A stretch of 64,000 nucleotides of DNA, taken from assembly GCA_963701795.1 (NCBI GenBank), contig CAVPBB010000020.1:71727-135726 (forward strand), given 5' to 3'. Below are positions 20,058 through 30,280 of this stretch, piece after piece. The translations under genes were made by a program, and so were the position numbers. The stretch's first letter is position 1; every line of letters begins with the position of its first letter. Source of the DNA: an uncultured Chloroflexia bacterium. GTDB taxonomy: Bacteria > Chloroflexota > Ktedonobacteria > Ktedonobacterales > JADMIN01. A model generated the notes under the pieces. That model worked only from the letters and a program-made list of their open reading frames with translations, ran no database searches and was not told the origin of the DNA.

Positions 20058-20597
20058 ATGGCCAAAGTGGACTCATTGCAGCAGGCGTGGTCGTTCGAGC
20101 GGATCTACGACGAGTACAAAACGCCGATCTACAACTACATCTATCATCTGGTCGGCAGTCGCGAACAGGCGGACGATCTCACGCAGGATACCTTCCTGAA
20201 AGCGTTTCGGGCATTGCCCCGCATGGACGCTAACCTGAAGCTCTCCGCGTGGCTCTACCGCATCGCAACCAACACGTCGTATGACGCGCTACGCCGCCGC
20301 AAGCTCATCGCCTGGATGCCCTGGCAAGACCTGGATCATGAGCCTGCCGACGTCGAAAGCGCCGATCCACAGGAGACCATCGGCACATCGGAGCTGGTGC
20401 ACGCGGCGCTCCGTCGCATGCCGCGCCACTACCGGGCGGCCCTGCTGCTCTACACGCAGGAAGGCTTCTCGTATGCCGAGATTGCCTCGACACTCAACAT
20501 CGCGGAGAGCGGCGTCAAGATGTACCTCTCCAGAGCGCGACATTCGTTCCGCGAGCATTACAGTTCGCTGGAACATCCAGGAGGCGGTAAGAAATGA
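20058..20597 (+). CDS. ECF-family RNA polymerase sigma factor
   Basis: Region 2 is IYNYIYHLVGSREQADDLTQDTFLKAF...AWLYRIATNTSYDALRRRK. Region 4 is ALLLYTQEGFSYAEIASTLNIAESGVKMYLSRARHSF. Upstream in-frame starts (19896, 19965) are possible. Confidence 0.85.
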   Translation: MAKVDSLQQAWSFERIYDEYKTPIYNYIYHLVGSREQADDLTQDTFLKAFRALPRMDANLKLSAWLYRIATNTSYDALRRRKLIAWMPWQDLDHEPADVESADPQETIGTSELVHAALRRMPRHYRAALLLYTQEGFSYAEIASTLNIAESGVKMYLSRARHSFREHYSSLEHPGGGKK

Positions 20598-22286
20598 CCT
20601 GCGAGTGGGCCGAGGGTTATCTGAGCGCCTATCTCGATGATGCCCTCGACCCGCAGCTTCGGAAGGATGTGGGCGCGCACATCGAGCAGTGCGCGCGCTG
20701 TCAGGCGCTCGCCGAAGAGTACCGCCGCAACGATCAGCTGCTGACTACACTGGCGCCTATCGAACCGTCTGACCAACTGCGCCAACGCATCTTCGAGTCC
20801 CCCGCGTTCGCCGCGCTTGCGCGCGAGCTGGAGCGCGAGACGGCGGACTCGCCCCCTGGCCGCGCCGCGCCGCGTCGCGTGCCGCTGTATCTGCGCGCAC
20901 TCGTCCCGCTGGCGGCGCTGCTGACCATCTCACTTGGCGCGGCCCTGCTCTTCAAGCAGGGTCTTTTACCATTCGGCGCACAGACCGCTCGCCAGCCCCA
21001 GACGAACACCATCGGCGACCCCGGCTCCTTCAATCTGCCGCTCTCCGCTGGCCCGCGCCTCGTCTTCCTGAATGGCGGCGCGCTCTGGAGTGTCGCGGAA
21101 TATGCGCCCAATAGCGCAGCGGGCGCGCCAGGGGCGCCGCAACGCCTCACAGGCGACGGTTTGCGTATCGTCGCATGGCGCGTCTCGCCGCTGGCCGCGA
21201 CCGATGGCGGCGCGCGGATCGCTTTTGTGGATGGCCGCACCGGCTCGCTGCATATCGTTCACAGCGATGGCCAGGCCGACACCATCATCGGCTCCGTCTC
21301 GCTCACGCAATCGCCCAGCGCCGCCTTCTGGGCCAGCCCCGCCGGGCGCGCGGCGCTCGCCGGGCTGAGCTGGTCGCCCGACGGCTCGCAGTTGGCGTAT
21401 GTCACTGCCACAGCCGATGGCGGCTCACAGGCGCACATCTTCACGCTCAGCGATTCAGACACGAGCGCGCTCGCCACGAGCAATGGCGCCCCCATTAGCC
21501 AGTTCACCTGGAGCGCCGATAGCCATGCGCTGGCCTTCGTCGGCGAGCACGGCGCCGCGCAGTTGGTGATGGTCTGGCGCGGCGCTGGGCAGCCCGTGGC
21601 GACGGTCGCCGCCAGCCCCGATGACTCACAGGCCAGCGTCGCGCAGATAGGCTGGAGTGGCGCGACCCTCACCTGGTCTACTGCGCACGGCGGCTCCGTC
21701 TCTGGCGTCTATGCGCTGCCAGCGAAGAGTGGCGCCGCGACAGCGCCTCACGCCAGCGGGCGCGAGCTATAGCGCCGCTGCGTTCACCGCCGCGCGGGGC
21801 GGCGTCTGGCTGCTGGCGGGCAATGGCGCGCTGAGCGAGGCGCGGCTGGCCAGCGGAAACGTCACACAGGTGGCGACGCTCGATACGGCGGCCAGCGCGC
21901 TCATCTGGTCGCCCAGTGGCGCGACGGCGGCGGTCACGCTGGGCAATCGGCTTGCGCTCTGGAGCGACACGACCGGCCTGACGACGCTCGCGCAGGGCGT
22001 TACCGCCAGTGTAGCGCCCGCCTGGGCGTCTGATGGAGCCTCCATCGCCGTCGCGCAGGGCCAGAACGTGGTGACTTATCGCCTGAGCAATAGCGCCGCG
22101 ACACAGGTGGCCGGGCTGACCGGCGCCGCTCACCCGCTGGCGCTGGCCTGGGCCGGCGATGGCCACAATATCGCCATCGCCGAGTCGGAGGGCATGTTGC
22201 TGGCGCCGAGCAATGGCGCTGGCCCGACGCTGCTCACCGCGCATCTGGCGGATGACGCCGCGCTGAGTTGGTCAGTCGCCCGCTAG
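20594..22286 (+). pseudogene. zinc-finger (ZAS-type) anti-sigma factor with one TM helix and a large repeat-rich extracytoplasmic domain; frame broken near 21735-21775
   Basis: The start overlaps the sigma stop (ATGA). The N-terminus is CEWAEGYLSAYLDDALDP...HIEQCARCQ and the TM helix is LVPLAALLTISLGAALLF. WSPDGSQLAY / WSADSHALAF / WSPSGATAAV-type repeats continue without interruption into ORF 21657..22286, which is in another frame. Confidence 0.7.
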
Positions 22287-22365
22287 CGCCCTGACATCGA
22301 CTGCTTTTTCTTTGCGCTGCTCGTTGCGCTACACATCCGAAAATAGCTAGAGAAAGCGTGGGCAG

Positions 22366-23097
22366 ATGACGGAGGAGCAATCGCAGCCGGCTGCGGCGAC
22401 GCAGCGCATTGTCGCCATCGGTGGGTGCGACCTCGGTACGCCGACACCCGATGAGCCGCTCTATCGCTATCTCATCGGCCTCACGGGCAAGCACCACCCG
22501 GAGGTCTGCTTCATCCCGACGGCCAGCGGCGAGAATCGCGATTACACGATCGGGTTCTTCAGCGTGTTTAGCGCGCTGGGCTGCACGGTGCGCCACCTGA
22601 CATTCTTCAATCCGCCGGTGGCCGATCTGCGCAGCTATCTGCTGGAGTGCGACCTGATCTTCGTCGGCGGCGGCAACACCAAGAGCATGCTGGCGCTCTG
22701 GCGCGAGTGGGGCGTAGATGAGGCGCTGCGCGAGGCCTGGAGGCGTGGCATCACGCTGGCGGGCGTCAGCGCGGGGGCCATCTGCTGGTTCGAGCAGGGA
22801 ATCACCGATAGCATCCCTGGCCCGCTCACGCCACTGAACTGCCTCGGTTTCCTCAAGGGGAGCGCTTGCCCGCATTATGATGGCGAGCCTGAGCGTCGCC
22901 CGACGTTCCATCGTATGCTTGCCGCAGGCGAGATCGCCCCTGGCTACGCCGCAGATAACCATGCCGCGCTGGTCTTCGAGGGCGAGACGCTGGCGCGCAT
23001 CGTCGCGACCACGCCCACCGCGCGCGCCTATCGGCTCACCCGCGACGCATCAGGCGCTCCAGTCGAGACGGCGTTGGCCGCAGACTTGCTGATGTAA
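22366..23097 (+). CDS. peptidase S51 family protein (dipeptidase E / cyanophycinase-like)
   Basis: IFVGGGNTKSMLALWREWGVDEALREAWRRGITLAGVSAGAICWFE contains the S51 nucleophile-elbow region (GxSAG). Confidence 0.8.
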   Translation: MTEEQSQPAAATQRIVAIGGCDLGTPTPDEPLYRYLIGLTGKHHPEVCFIPTASGENRDYTIGFFSVFSALGCTVRHLTFFNPPVADLRSYLLECDLIFVGGGNTKSMLALWREWGVDEALREAWRRGITLAGVSAGAICWFEQGITDSIPGPLTPLNCLGFLKGSACPHYDGEPERRPTFHRMLAAGEIAPGYAADNHAALVFEGETLARIVATTPTARAYRLTRDASGAPVETALAADLLM

Positions 23098-23162
23098 CCC
23101 TGGCGCCGTGACAGCGCTGTCGTCGTATCGTGGCAGCAGGCTTTACATCCCTGCAACCAGAG

Positions 23163-23567
23163 ATGGACACATGGAGGCGCAACGTGCTGGGAGATAGAAA
23201 GCTATCGGCGGTGTTGTGCTCGGCTGATCTCGCCAGAAGTCAGGAGTTCTACGAGCAGAAGGTTGGCTTGAAGCTTTCGCCGAGAACGATCAAGAACCAT
23301 CTGCTGTTTGACTGTGGCGACGGAACGACCCTGCTCATCTACGGGCGCCCAGCGCCAAACAAGGCCGACCACACGCAGGTACGCTTCTGGTCGAGCGACC
23401 TCGAAGCCGATGTCCGCGAGCTTGCGGCGCGCGGCGTGACGTTCGAGGAGTACGACTTCCCCACCCTCAAGACCGTTGACCATGTCGCAACGACAGCCGG
23501 CGTCGGGAAGTCGGCGTGGTTCAAAGACCCAGATGGCAATACGCTGGCGCTGTTTCAGCCAGAATAG
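23163..23567 (+). CDS. VOC (glyoxalase/bleomycin-resistance) family protein
   Basis: LSAVLCSADLARSQEFYEQKVGLKL ... AWFKDPDGNTLALFQ are typical VOC beta-alpha-beta-beta-beta modules. The start is uncertain between 23130 and 23190. Confidence 0.75.
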   Translation: MDTWRRNVLGDRKLSAVLCSADLARSQEFYEQKVGLKLSPRTIKNHLLFDCGDGTTLLIYGRPAPNKADHTQVRFWSSDLEADVRELAARGVTFEEYDFPTLKTVDHVATTAGVGKSAWFKDPDGNTLALFQPE

Positions 23568-25087
23568 CCAGGAGCCAGTGGCTGCGGAAACATCGTCGCC
23601 ACTGGCTGACCTTCCGTTCGGCGCGCCGTGCGCCAGGTGAGCAGCAGCGCCGCCAGCGCCAGCACAGAGAGCGCCAGGAAGTAGCGTTCGGGGCTGCGCC
23701 ACGCGACCAGCAACGGCAAGAGGAAAGCCACCAGCCCCGCGAATGGCAGGCTGGCGCGCGCGCGCCAACACCACACAAGTGCGCCAAGCCACACGCCAAC
23801 CTCCAGCAGCGTATAGACGCGCGCGGGCAAGAGCGGCGTGACGCCGGTCTGCGCGAGCGCGATCAGCCCACTACCATCGGGGAGCAGCGGCAGGCTGAGC
23901 GGCAGCAACAGGCTCTGCAGCCAGGCGCGCGGCGAGAGGATGAGCCAGGGCAGGTTGATGATGAGGAAGCTCGCGATGGCGATACCCCCTCGCCGCAGCG
24001 CCTCCACTCGCCCATATGCGCGCCAGACCCAGATGAAATAGAATGGCGCCGCAAACCACGCCGTCTGCTTCACTGCGCAGGCCATCCCCAGCAGCGCGCC
24101 AGAGAGCCAGCGCCGTTCGCCGAGCATCCAGGCCGCCACCAGCGCGACCAGCCACCAGATATCGAAGTCGCCGTTGACGACCCGTTGCGCAAACACGGGG
24201 TTGGCCCAGACGACCATGCCGACCGCGAGTCGCGTTCCCGGCGGCGCGCTCGCGACGAGTACGACACTCAACGCGATGAAGAGGAGAATCTGCGCGAATC
24301 CCATGCCCGGCAGCCCCGCCCAGACTGAGGGAATATCCACCAGGAACGCGCCAGCGGGGTAGCTGTGCAGTGTGCGCGGGTCCAGCTCTGGCGGCGGCGC
24401 CTGCGGGTGATTGCGGTATTCCTGAGCGACGGCGCGCATCTCCGCGCCCGTCGGCATATGCTGCGGATCGCTGAATCGCCCATGCGCGATGGGGGTAAAC
24501 CCACGGATGTGAAAATAGGTCATCGCCGCGATGAGGTGGTCGTTCGCGTCGGTGTACGGATTGACCCCGTGCAACACCAGCAGCGCATCGTAGTGGTTGT
24601 AGTACATCTCATCGCTGGTGTAGCGCGGCGGCCATTGAGTCGCGCTGGCCATCAGACCCTGCCCCAGGGCGCCAACCGTCTGAATCGAAGCGAACAGCGA
24701 CCAGAGCAGCACCGGGATGGCAAGCCAGCGCGCCACCCGTGTCAGCCACGCTGGCGGCGCTGTGTGCGCGGCGGCGATGAAACAGCCGAACGCCGCGAGC
24801 AGCGTCAGCAGGGTGAGCAGCGCGATGATCCCCGCGAATGCGCTGCCCGTCGCGGGCGGCGCTGGAAGGAGGCGCCAGCCTGCGAGACGCGCCTGGATTG
24901 CGCGCGCAGGGAGGGCGAGCCACACGGGGAGGCGATTCGACACCGTGAGCGCGAGCAGGCCCAGGCCGAGGATCACCACGCCCACAGGGATCGCTTCGAG
25001 CGCCTGCGCGCCTCTCTGCCACGCCTCGCGTGGCCTCCACGTGAACTGGCCCAGCGTCATGGCGATTCGTATCCCCCACGCGAGCAT
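23555..25087 (-). CDS. polytopic membrane protein, probable GT-C/DUF2029-like glycosyltransferase
   Basis: 510 aa with more than 10 hydrophobic helices and a loop with YNHYDALLVLHGVNPY. The architecture resembles DUF2029/GT87-type mannosyltransferases. The functional call is tentative. Confidence 0.55.
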   Translation of the reverse strand: MLAWGIRIAMTLGQFTWRPREAWQRGAQALEAIPVGVVILGLGLLALTVSNRLPVWLALPARAIQARLAGWRLLPAPPATGSAFAGIIALLTLLTLLAAFGCFIAAAHTAPPAWLTRVARWLAIPVLLWSLFASIQTVGALGQGLMASATQWPPRYTSDEMYYNHYDALLVLHGVNPYTDANDHLIAAMTYFHIRGFTPIAHGRFSDPQHMPTGAEMRAVAQEYRNHPQAPPPELDPRTLHSYPAGAFLVDIPSVWAGLPGMGFAQILLFIALSVVLVASAPPGTRLAVGMVVWANPVFAQRVVNGDFDIWWLVALVAAWMLGERRWLSGALLGMACAVKQTAWFAAPFYFIWVWRAYGRVEALRRGGIAIASFLIINLPWLILSPRAWLQSLLLPLSLPLLPDGSGLIALAQTGVTPLLPARVYTLLEVGVWLGALVWCWRARASLPFAGLVAFLLPLLVAWRSPERYFLALSVLALAALLLTWRTARRTEGQPVATMFPQPLAPGYSG

Positions 25088-25145
25088 GCGCCGCGCCGCT
25101 CAGAGCCAGCGCGCGTTACCCGGTGCGGCGCGCTGTGTGCGACGC

Positions 25146-25751
25146 TTACCAGCGCTCGTAGTGCGCGTACTCCGCCACAGGCTTGCGTCCCCGCTTCAGC
25201 GACGGCGATGACACATCCTCTGCGCGGTGGCCAATCGGGATCACCCCCACTGGCGTCACCTCATCCGGGATGCCGAGCAGTTCGCGCAGTTCCTGCATAC
25301 GCGCGCTCGTCGGCGCCCCCGCGAAGCCTGCCGCCAGCCCCTCATCCACCGCAGCCAGCAGCAGCGCCATCACCGAGCAGCCAATATCCATGAACCAGTA
25401 CGGCACCGGCCACTCTGTCTCCGCGCCTTCGGCGTCTAGCTTATCGGCCTCCTGGTAGCGACGGTGATAGGCGGCCTCACTGACGCACGGAATCACCAGA
25501 ACGGGTGTCTCTGAGATGAACGGATGGAATCCATCGGACGTGTACTCCTCCTCACCGCAGATGCGCGCGATCTCACGCCGCGTCTCGGGCTGAGTCACCA
25601 CGACGAATGACTGCCCCTGGGTGAACCCCGCGCTTGGCGCCCGCCGCGCCAGATCGAGCATCCGCGCAATCGCCTCCGGCGCCACCGGCTCGCTGGTGAA
25701 ATGGCGCACCATCCGCCGCTTCCGCACAACCTCGCTGAACTCCATCTCCAA
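25146..25751 (-). CDS. nitroreductase family protein
   Basis: VVRKRRMVRHFTSEPVAPEAIARMLDLARRAPSAGFTQGQSFVVV is the nitroreductase N-terminal signature. Confidence 0.85.
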   Translation of the reverse strand: MEMEFSEVVRKRRMVRHFTSEPVAPEAIARMLDLARRAPSAGFTQGQSFVVVTQPETRREIARICGEEEYTSDGFHPFISETPVLVIPCVSEAAYHRRYQEADKLDAEGAETEWPVPYWFMDIGCSVMALLLAAVDEGLAAGFAGAPTSARMQELRELLGIPDEVTPVGVIPIGHRAEDVSSPSLKRGRKPVAEYAHYERW

Positions 25752-25830
25752 CCTCTTTCTTGTCCCAGCGCGCTCCCGCTGGATGCGCTCCGTCGTTCAT
25801 GCCCCGATCACGTCGGACAGCGCCGCTTAG

Positions 25831-26762
25831 TAACTATCTCAAAAGGGACAAGCGATGCAGGCGGCGATACCAGACCAGCGCGCAGGCTAGCTTGAGCAGG
25901 CCCAAGAAGTTGGCGCTGCGCTTGTCATAGCGCACCAGCAAGGCACGGCACTTAGAGAGCCACGCCAGCGTGCGCTCGACGACCCAACGGCGTGCCGGGA
26001 AGCGCTTCTCGCCGGTTGCCGGGTCGAGTTTCTCCTCGCCGATGCGCCGAATATGGGGCACGTAGCCGTGGGCGGCGACCGCCGCTTCGCCCGTCGGATT
26101 GTCGTAGCCCTTATCCAGACACAGATGCTGCGGCTGCTCCGTCGTGGGATCGGGCCGCGTGACCACCAGCGCATCCAGGGTGGCGGCCAGCAACTTGGTG
26201 TCGTGGACATTGGCTCCAGCGATCACGACCGCCAGCGGCCCACCCGCCGCCTCCACCAGCACACTGCGCTTCACCCCGCGTTTGCCCCGGTCGGTGGGAT
26301 TAGGGCCGATGAGATCCCCCCAGCCGCGCCTTGCCCATCGCCCCGTCAGCGGCTTGCCATTCCCAGTCCACGCCGCCCAGGTCGGCGCAGGCGTCCACCA
26401 GCGTGGCCCAGAGGCGCTCGAAGACCCCCAGGTGGATCCAGCGCTGGAAGGTGCGGTGAACCGAACTGTCATCAGGGAAACGCTCGGGGAACTGGTTCCA
26501 CTGGCAGCCGCTCCGCAGCCGGAAGATGATCGCATCGAGGGTCGCCCGCGCGTCTACGCGGGGCCTGCCCGTCGGCTTGGGCGGATCCAGGTCGGCGAGA
26601 ATCGGCGCGATGACCGCCCACAACTCGTCGGACACCTGCCAGATCGTCGCCAACTCGTCCCACTTCGGTCGCTCTTTGCGTGGTCGTGCCATGCCAAGTT
26701 CCTCCGCGCTTTCACCGCCTTTCACTCACTCTACCACGCTGGACACGCTTTTGAGATAGTTA
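25831..26762 (-). mobile_element. IS5-family (IS427/ISL2-like) insertion sequence, 932 bp
   Basis: There are perfect 15-bp terminal inverted repeats: TAACTATCTCAAAAG at 25831-25845 and its complement at 26748-26762. The element is flanked by the direct repeat CTTAG (25826-25830 and 26763-26767) and encodes a two-frame DDE transposase. Confidence 0.85.
25834..26692 (-). CDS. IS5-family DDE transposase, orfA/orfB joined by a frameshift on a G6 run
   Basis: orfA is MARPRKERPKWDELATIWQVSDELWAVIAPIL...CQWNQFPERFPDDSSVHRTFQRW. orfB is GDLIGPNPTDRGKRGVKRSVLVEAAGGPL...CLDKGYD...RWVVERTLAWLSKCRALLVRYDK. The frames meet at cgg ctg ggg gga tct (about 26318-26326). Confidence 0.8.
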
Positions 26763-26763
26763 C

Positions 26764-28113
26764 TTAGTGTTTGGCGTCCGCCTTCACGCCGCTCTCCGAC
26801 TCCACCGCCGTCATGCGGCCCAGGTTGCGTAGCTCTGGCCAGGCATAGGCGATGCCAATGACCGCCAGCGCCGAACCGATACCGCCCAACGCCACAGCCA
26901 CGACCGGGCCGAGCGCTGCCGCAGCAACGCCCGACTCAAAGCCGCCGAGCTGATTCGACGTGCCGATGAAGACATTATTGACCGCCGAGAGCCGCCCGCG
27001 CAGCTCATCCGGTGTGCGCAGCAGCAGCAGCGTCTTGCGCACGACCACGCTGATGTTATCCATCGCGCCCAACACCACCAGGGCGGCGAGCGAGAGTGGG
27101 AAGAATTTCGAGACGCCAAAGACCAGCGTCGCCACGCCGAATCCGGCGACCGCCAGCAACAGTGTGCGACCAGCATGCTCAAACGGCGGCAGGTATGCCT
27201 GGAGGGTGGCCATGCAGATCGCGCCGACGCTGGGCATGGCCACCATCAGCCCCAATCCCTGCGGCCCCACGTGCAGGATGTCGCTGGCGTAGATCGGCAG
27301 CAGCGTGGTAGCGCCACCCAGCAGCACGGCGACCATATCGAGCGTGATCGCCGCCAGAATCACCTTCGTGCCGAGGATGAAACGCACACCGCCCATCAGC
27401 CCGGCGACGGTCATCGGCTCACGCGATTGGGTCGCCTGCTTCCCTTTGATGCGGCTGACGGCGAAGATGAAGACCACGCCGCCCAGCGCATCGAAGAGAT
27501 AGACGGGCGTGGCGTCGCCGCGTGTCGCGATGATGAGGCCGCCCAGCGCCGGGCCGAGGATCGCCGCCAGTTGCCATGAGCTGCTGCTCCATGAGGCGGC
27601 GTTCTCGAAGACCTCAAGGGGGACTGTCTGCGGTGGCAGCGCGCCCGATGCGGCGGTATTGAACGCCTCACCGACGCCACGTAGCGCCAGCAGCAGGAAG
27701 ATCAGCCCCACCGGCCCGTGTGACAGCGCGATCAGCGCCAGCCCCAGCGAGGAGAGCACGATCACTCCCTGCGTCCGCATCACCAGCGTGCGGCGGTCGT
27801 AGCGATCGGCGACATGGCCCGCCACCAGCGAGAGCGCCAGCACCGGGGCAAATTGCGCCAGCCCGACAAACCCCAGCATCAGCGCAGAGTGCGTGCGCGC
27901 GTAGATATCCCAGCCGATGGCGACGGTAAGCATCTGCTCGCCGAGCGTCGCCACCGAAGTCCCGCCGATGAGGTAGCGGAAGTCGCCAAAGCGCAGCGCG
28001 GCATAGGGATCGTGCGTTTGTTGCGCCGCCGCGTGAACCTGGGCGGCGTCGGCTAGCGTCTCCGCCTCAGCCTGCCCCGCCGTCTCCGCGCCCTGGTCTT
28101 CCGCGATTGCCAC
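26764..28113 (-). CDS. MFS transporter (EntS/MFS_3-like)
   Basis: 12-helix pattern with FGDFRYLIGGTSVATLGEQMLTVAIGW and VAGHVADRYDRR. The ORF N-terminus beyond about 28113 overlaps the qor-like gene, so GTG 28113 (behind AGAGGG) is proposed. The stop codon lies inside the CTTAG target duplication of the IS. Confidence 0.75.
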   Translation of the reverse strand: MAIAEDQGAETAGQAEAETLADAAQVHAAAQQTHDPYAALRFGDFRYLIGGTSVATLGEQMLTVAIGWDIYARTHSALMLGFVGLAQFAPVLALSLVAGHVADRYDRRTLVMRTQGVIVLSSLGLALIALSHGPVGLIFLLLALRGVGEAFNTAASGALPPQTVPLEVFENAASWSSSSWQLAAILGPALGGLIIATRGDATPVYLFDALGGVVFIFAVSRIKGKQATQSREPMTVAGLMGGVRFILGTKVILAAITLDMVAVLLGGATTLLPIYASDILHVGPQGLGLMVAMPSVGAICMATLQAYLPPFEHAGRTLLLAVAGFGVATLVFGVSKFFPLSLAALVVLGAMDNISVVVRKTLLLLRTPDELRGRLSAVNNVFIGTSNQLGGFESGVAAAALGPVVAVALGGIGSALAVIGIAYAWPELRNLGRMTAVESESGVKADAKH

Positions 28114-28243
28114 GCATTGCCCTCTCTGCTCTGCCGCTGCTGCCTGTGCTGTAAGTATAACGCCGCACACGACAATTCTGGCGCCGGGAGGAAAACAGCG
28201 TGACAGGCGGCGTGGGGCGCCCTCGGCGCTGCCAGCCAGGCGA

Positions 28244-29212
28244 CTACACCTCCAGCAGCACTTTCCCAAGCGCCTGCGCCGAGGCGAGGTAGGTCTGCGC
28301 CTCAGCCGCCTGCGCCAGCGGGAAGGCGCGCGCGATGCGCACGTTGAGCTGGCCGCTGGCAATCCAGCCGAGGATATCGCCTGAGCGCCAGCGGAACTCC
28401 TCTGGCGTGGCGATATAGTGGCCGAGGGTTGGGCGGGTGAGGAAGAGTGAGCCTTTGCTGTTGAGAATCTGCGGGTCAATCGGGCTGACGGGGCCGCTCG
28501 ACTGCCCGTAGAGCGCCATGTAGCCGCGCGGGGCAAGGCAATCCAGGCTGGCGTCGAAGGTGTCTTTGCCCACCGAATCGTAGACGATGGGAACACCCTT
28601 GCCATCGGTCAGGCGGCGCACCTCCTGCGCGATGTCTACCTGACGGTACAGGATCACCTCATCCGCGCCGAGCATGCGCGCCTCGGCGGCCTTCGCCTCT
28701 GAGCCAACCGCGCAGAGGGTCCGCGCGCCACGCATCTTCGCCACCTGCGTCAGCAGACCGCCGACGCCGCCAGCCGCCGCATAGATCAGCGCGGCATCGC
28801 CCTGCTTCAGCGGATAGACGCTGTGGGCGAGGTAATGCGCCGTCATGCCTTGCAGCATCGCCGCCGCCGCGAGCTTCAGGTCCACGCCCTCTGGCACAAT
28901 GGCGAGCTGCCAGGCGTTGGCGAGGGCATAGTCGGCGTAGGCGCCCGCAAAGGCGGAGGTCGCCACGCGGTCGCCTACCTTCACCTCGGTCACGCCAGGG
29001 CCAACGGCGTCCACCACGCCAGCGCCCTCGCCGCCCGGAGTGAACGGCAGCGGAATCTTGTACAGCCCGACACGGTGGTAGATGTCGATGAAATTGACGC
29101 CCACTGCCGCCAGTTTCACTCGCGCCTGCCCTGGCCCCGGCTCAGGCATGGGCGCCTCGGCCAGGGTCAGGACCTCTGGCCCACCGTGCCGCTCGAACCG
29201 AATTTCGCGCAT
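28244..29212 (-). CDS. NADPH:quinone oxidoreductase (zeta-crystallin-like MDR family)
   Basis: MREIRFERHGGPEVL...NFIDIYHRVGLY...PFTPGGEGAGVV...AAAGGVGGLLTQVAK is the classic Qor pattern. Confidence 0.9.
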   Translation of the reverse strand: MREIRFERHGGPEVLTLAEAPMPEPGPGQARVKLAAVGVNFIDIYHRVGLYKIPLPFTPGGEGAGVVDAVGPGVTEVKVGDRVATSAFAGAYADYALANAWQLAIVPEGVDLKLAAAAMLQGMTAHYLAHSVYPLKQGDAALIYAAAGGVGGLLTQVAKMRGARTLCAVGSEAKAAEARMLGADEVILYRQVDIAQEVRRLTDGKGVPIVYDSVGKDTFDASLDCLAPRGYMALYGQSSGPVSPIDPQILNSKGSLFLTRPTLGHYIATPEEFRWRSGDILGWIASGQLNVRIARAFPLAQAAEAQTYLASAQALGKVLLEV

Positions 29213-29268
29213 CCAGCGCCTCGCTTTCTCCTGCTCCCTGGCTCAACCGTACCCGGTTCGGCGTCTGC

Positions 29269-30252
29269 TCAGCGGGTGGCTGGCGCGGGTGTGAGTGGCA
29301 CGGCGCGGGTGAGGGTATCCTCCACCACAGCGGCCAGCGCTTCGATGAAGAGTGGCATCGCATTGAGCGATTGTGTGCGGTGAAAGGTGATGTCATGCTC
29401 CTCGGCCTGCTCGCGGGCGCCCACCTCGATGTCGTAGAGAATCTCCAGGTGGTCTGCGAGGAACTGCACCGGCGCGATCAACACATCGCTGGCGCCATTG
29501 GCCTTGAGTTCTGGCATCAGGTCGGCGAAGTCGGGCTTGAGCCACGGCTCTGGCGTATGCCCGGCGCTCTGATAGCAGAACATCCACTGGTCGGGGCGCA
29601 CGCCTGCGCGCTCGGCGATGGCCGCCGCCGTCTGCTTCAGGTTATCGATGTAGTCTGGCTCGTCGGCGACTACCCGCAGCGGCATGCTATGCGCCGAGAG
29701 CAGCACAGGGATGGTCGCGCGCTCGCTGGCGGGCAGCCGGTCGAGCGCCTGGCGCACGCGGTCGGCGACGGCCTGGAGGAAGTCGGGCTGCATATGCCAG
29801 TCTTCGGTGATGGCGACCCGCAGATCATCACGTCCGAGCGGGGCGACGGCGTCGCGCAGAGCCGCGATGTAGCCGCGCATGAGGATCGGCGAATATTGCG
29901 GCGACATGATGACGCCCACCAGCGCATCAGCGCCTGCGGCGACCTCAGGCACGACATCGGCGACGAATGGCGCAAAGAAGCGCATGCCTGCCGTCACGGT
30001 GAAAGTCGGACCAGCGGGGTGGCGCCGATTGAGCGCCTCCTCCAGCGCCGCCGCCTGCTCTTGCGTCACGCGCAGCAGCGGCGAACCACCGATCAGCGCA
30101 TAGCGGCGCTTGAACTCGGCCACGACCTCGTCGCTCGGCTCGCGACCGCCATACACATTGCGCAGATAATTCGGCACGTCGTCGAGCGTCGCGGGAGAAC
30201 CATACGTCATCAGAACTACGCCGACATGCGATGGGGACGACTCGGTCGTCAT
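29269..30252 (-). CDS. hemH: ferrochelatase
   Basis: VGVVLMTYGSPATLDDVPNYL...YALIGGSPL...LLSAHSMP...YQSAG..PWLKPD are ferrochelatase motifs. Confidence 0.9.
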   Translation of the reverse strand: MTTESSPSHVGVVLMTYGSPATLDDVPNYLRNVYGGREPSDEVVAEFKRRYALIGGSPLLRVTQEQAAALEEALNRRHPAGPTFTVTAGMRFFAPFVADVVPEVAAGADALVGVIMSPQYSPILMRGYIAALRDAVAPLGRDDLRVAITEDWHMQPDFLQAVADRVRQALDRLPASERATIPVLLSAHSMPLRVVADEPDYIDNLKQTAAAIAERAGVRPDQWMFCYQSAGHTPEPWLKPDFADLMPELKANGASDVLIAPVQFLADHLEILYDIEVGAREQAEEHDITFHRTQSLNAMPLFIEALAAVVEDTLTRAVPLTPAPATR

Positions 30253-30280
30253 GGTAAGCGCCTCACGTTTCAGTTTTCAG

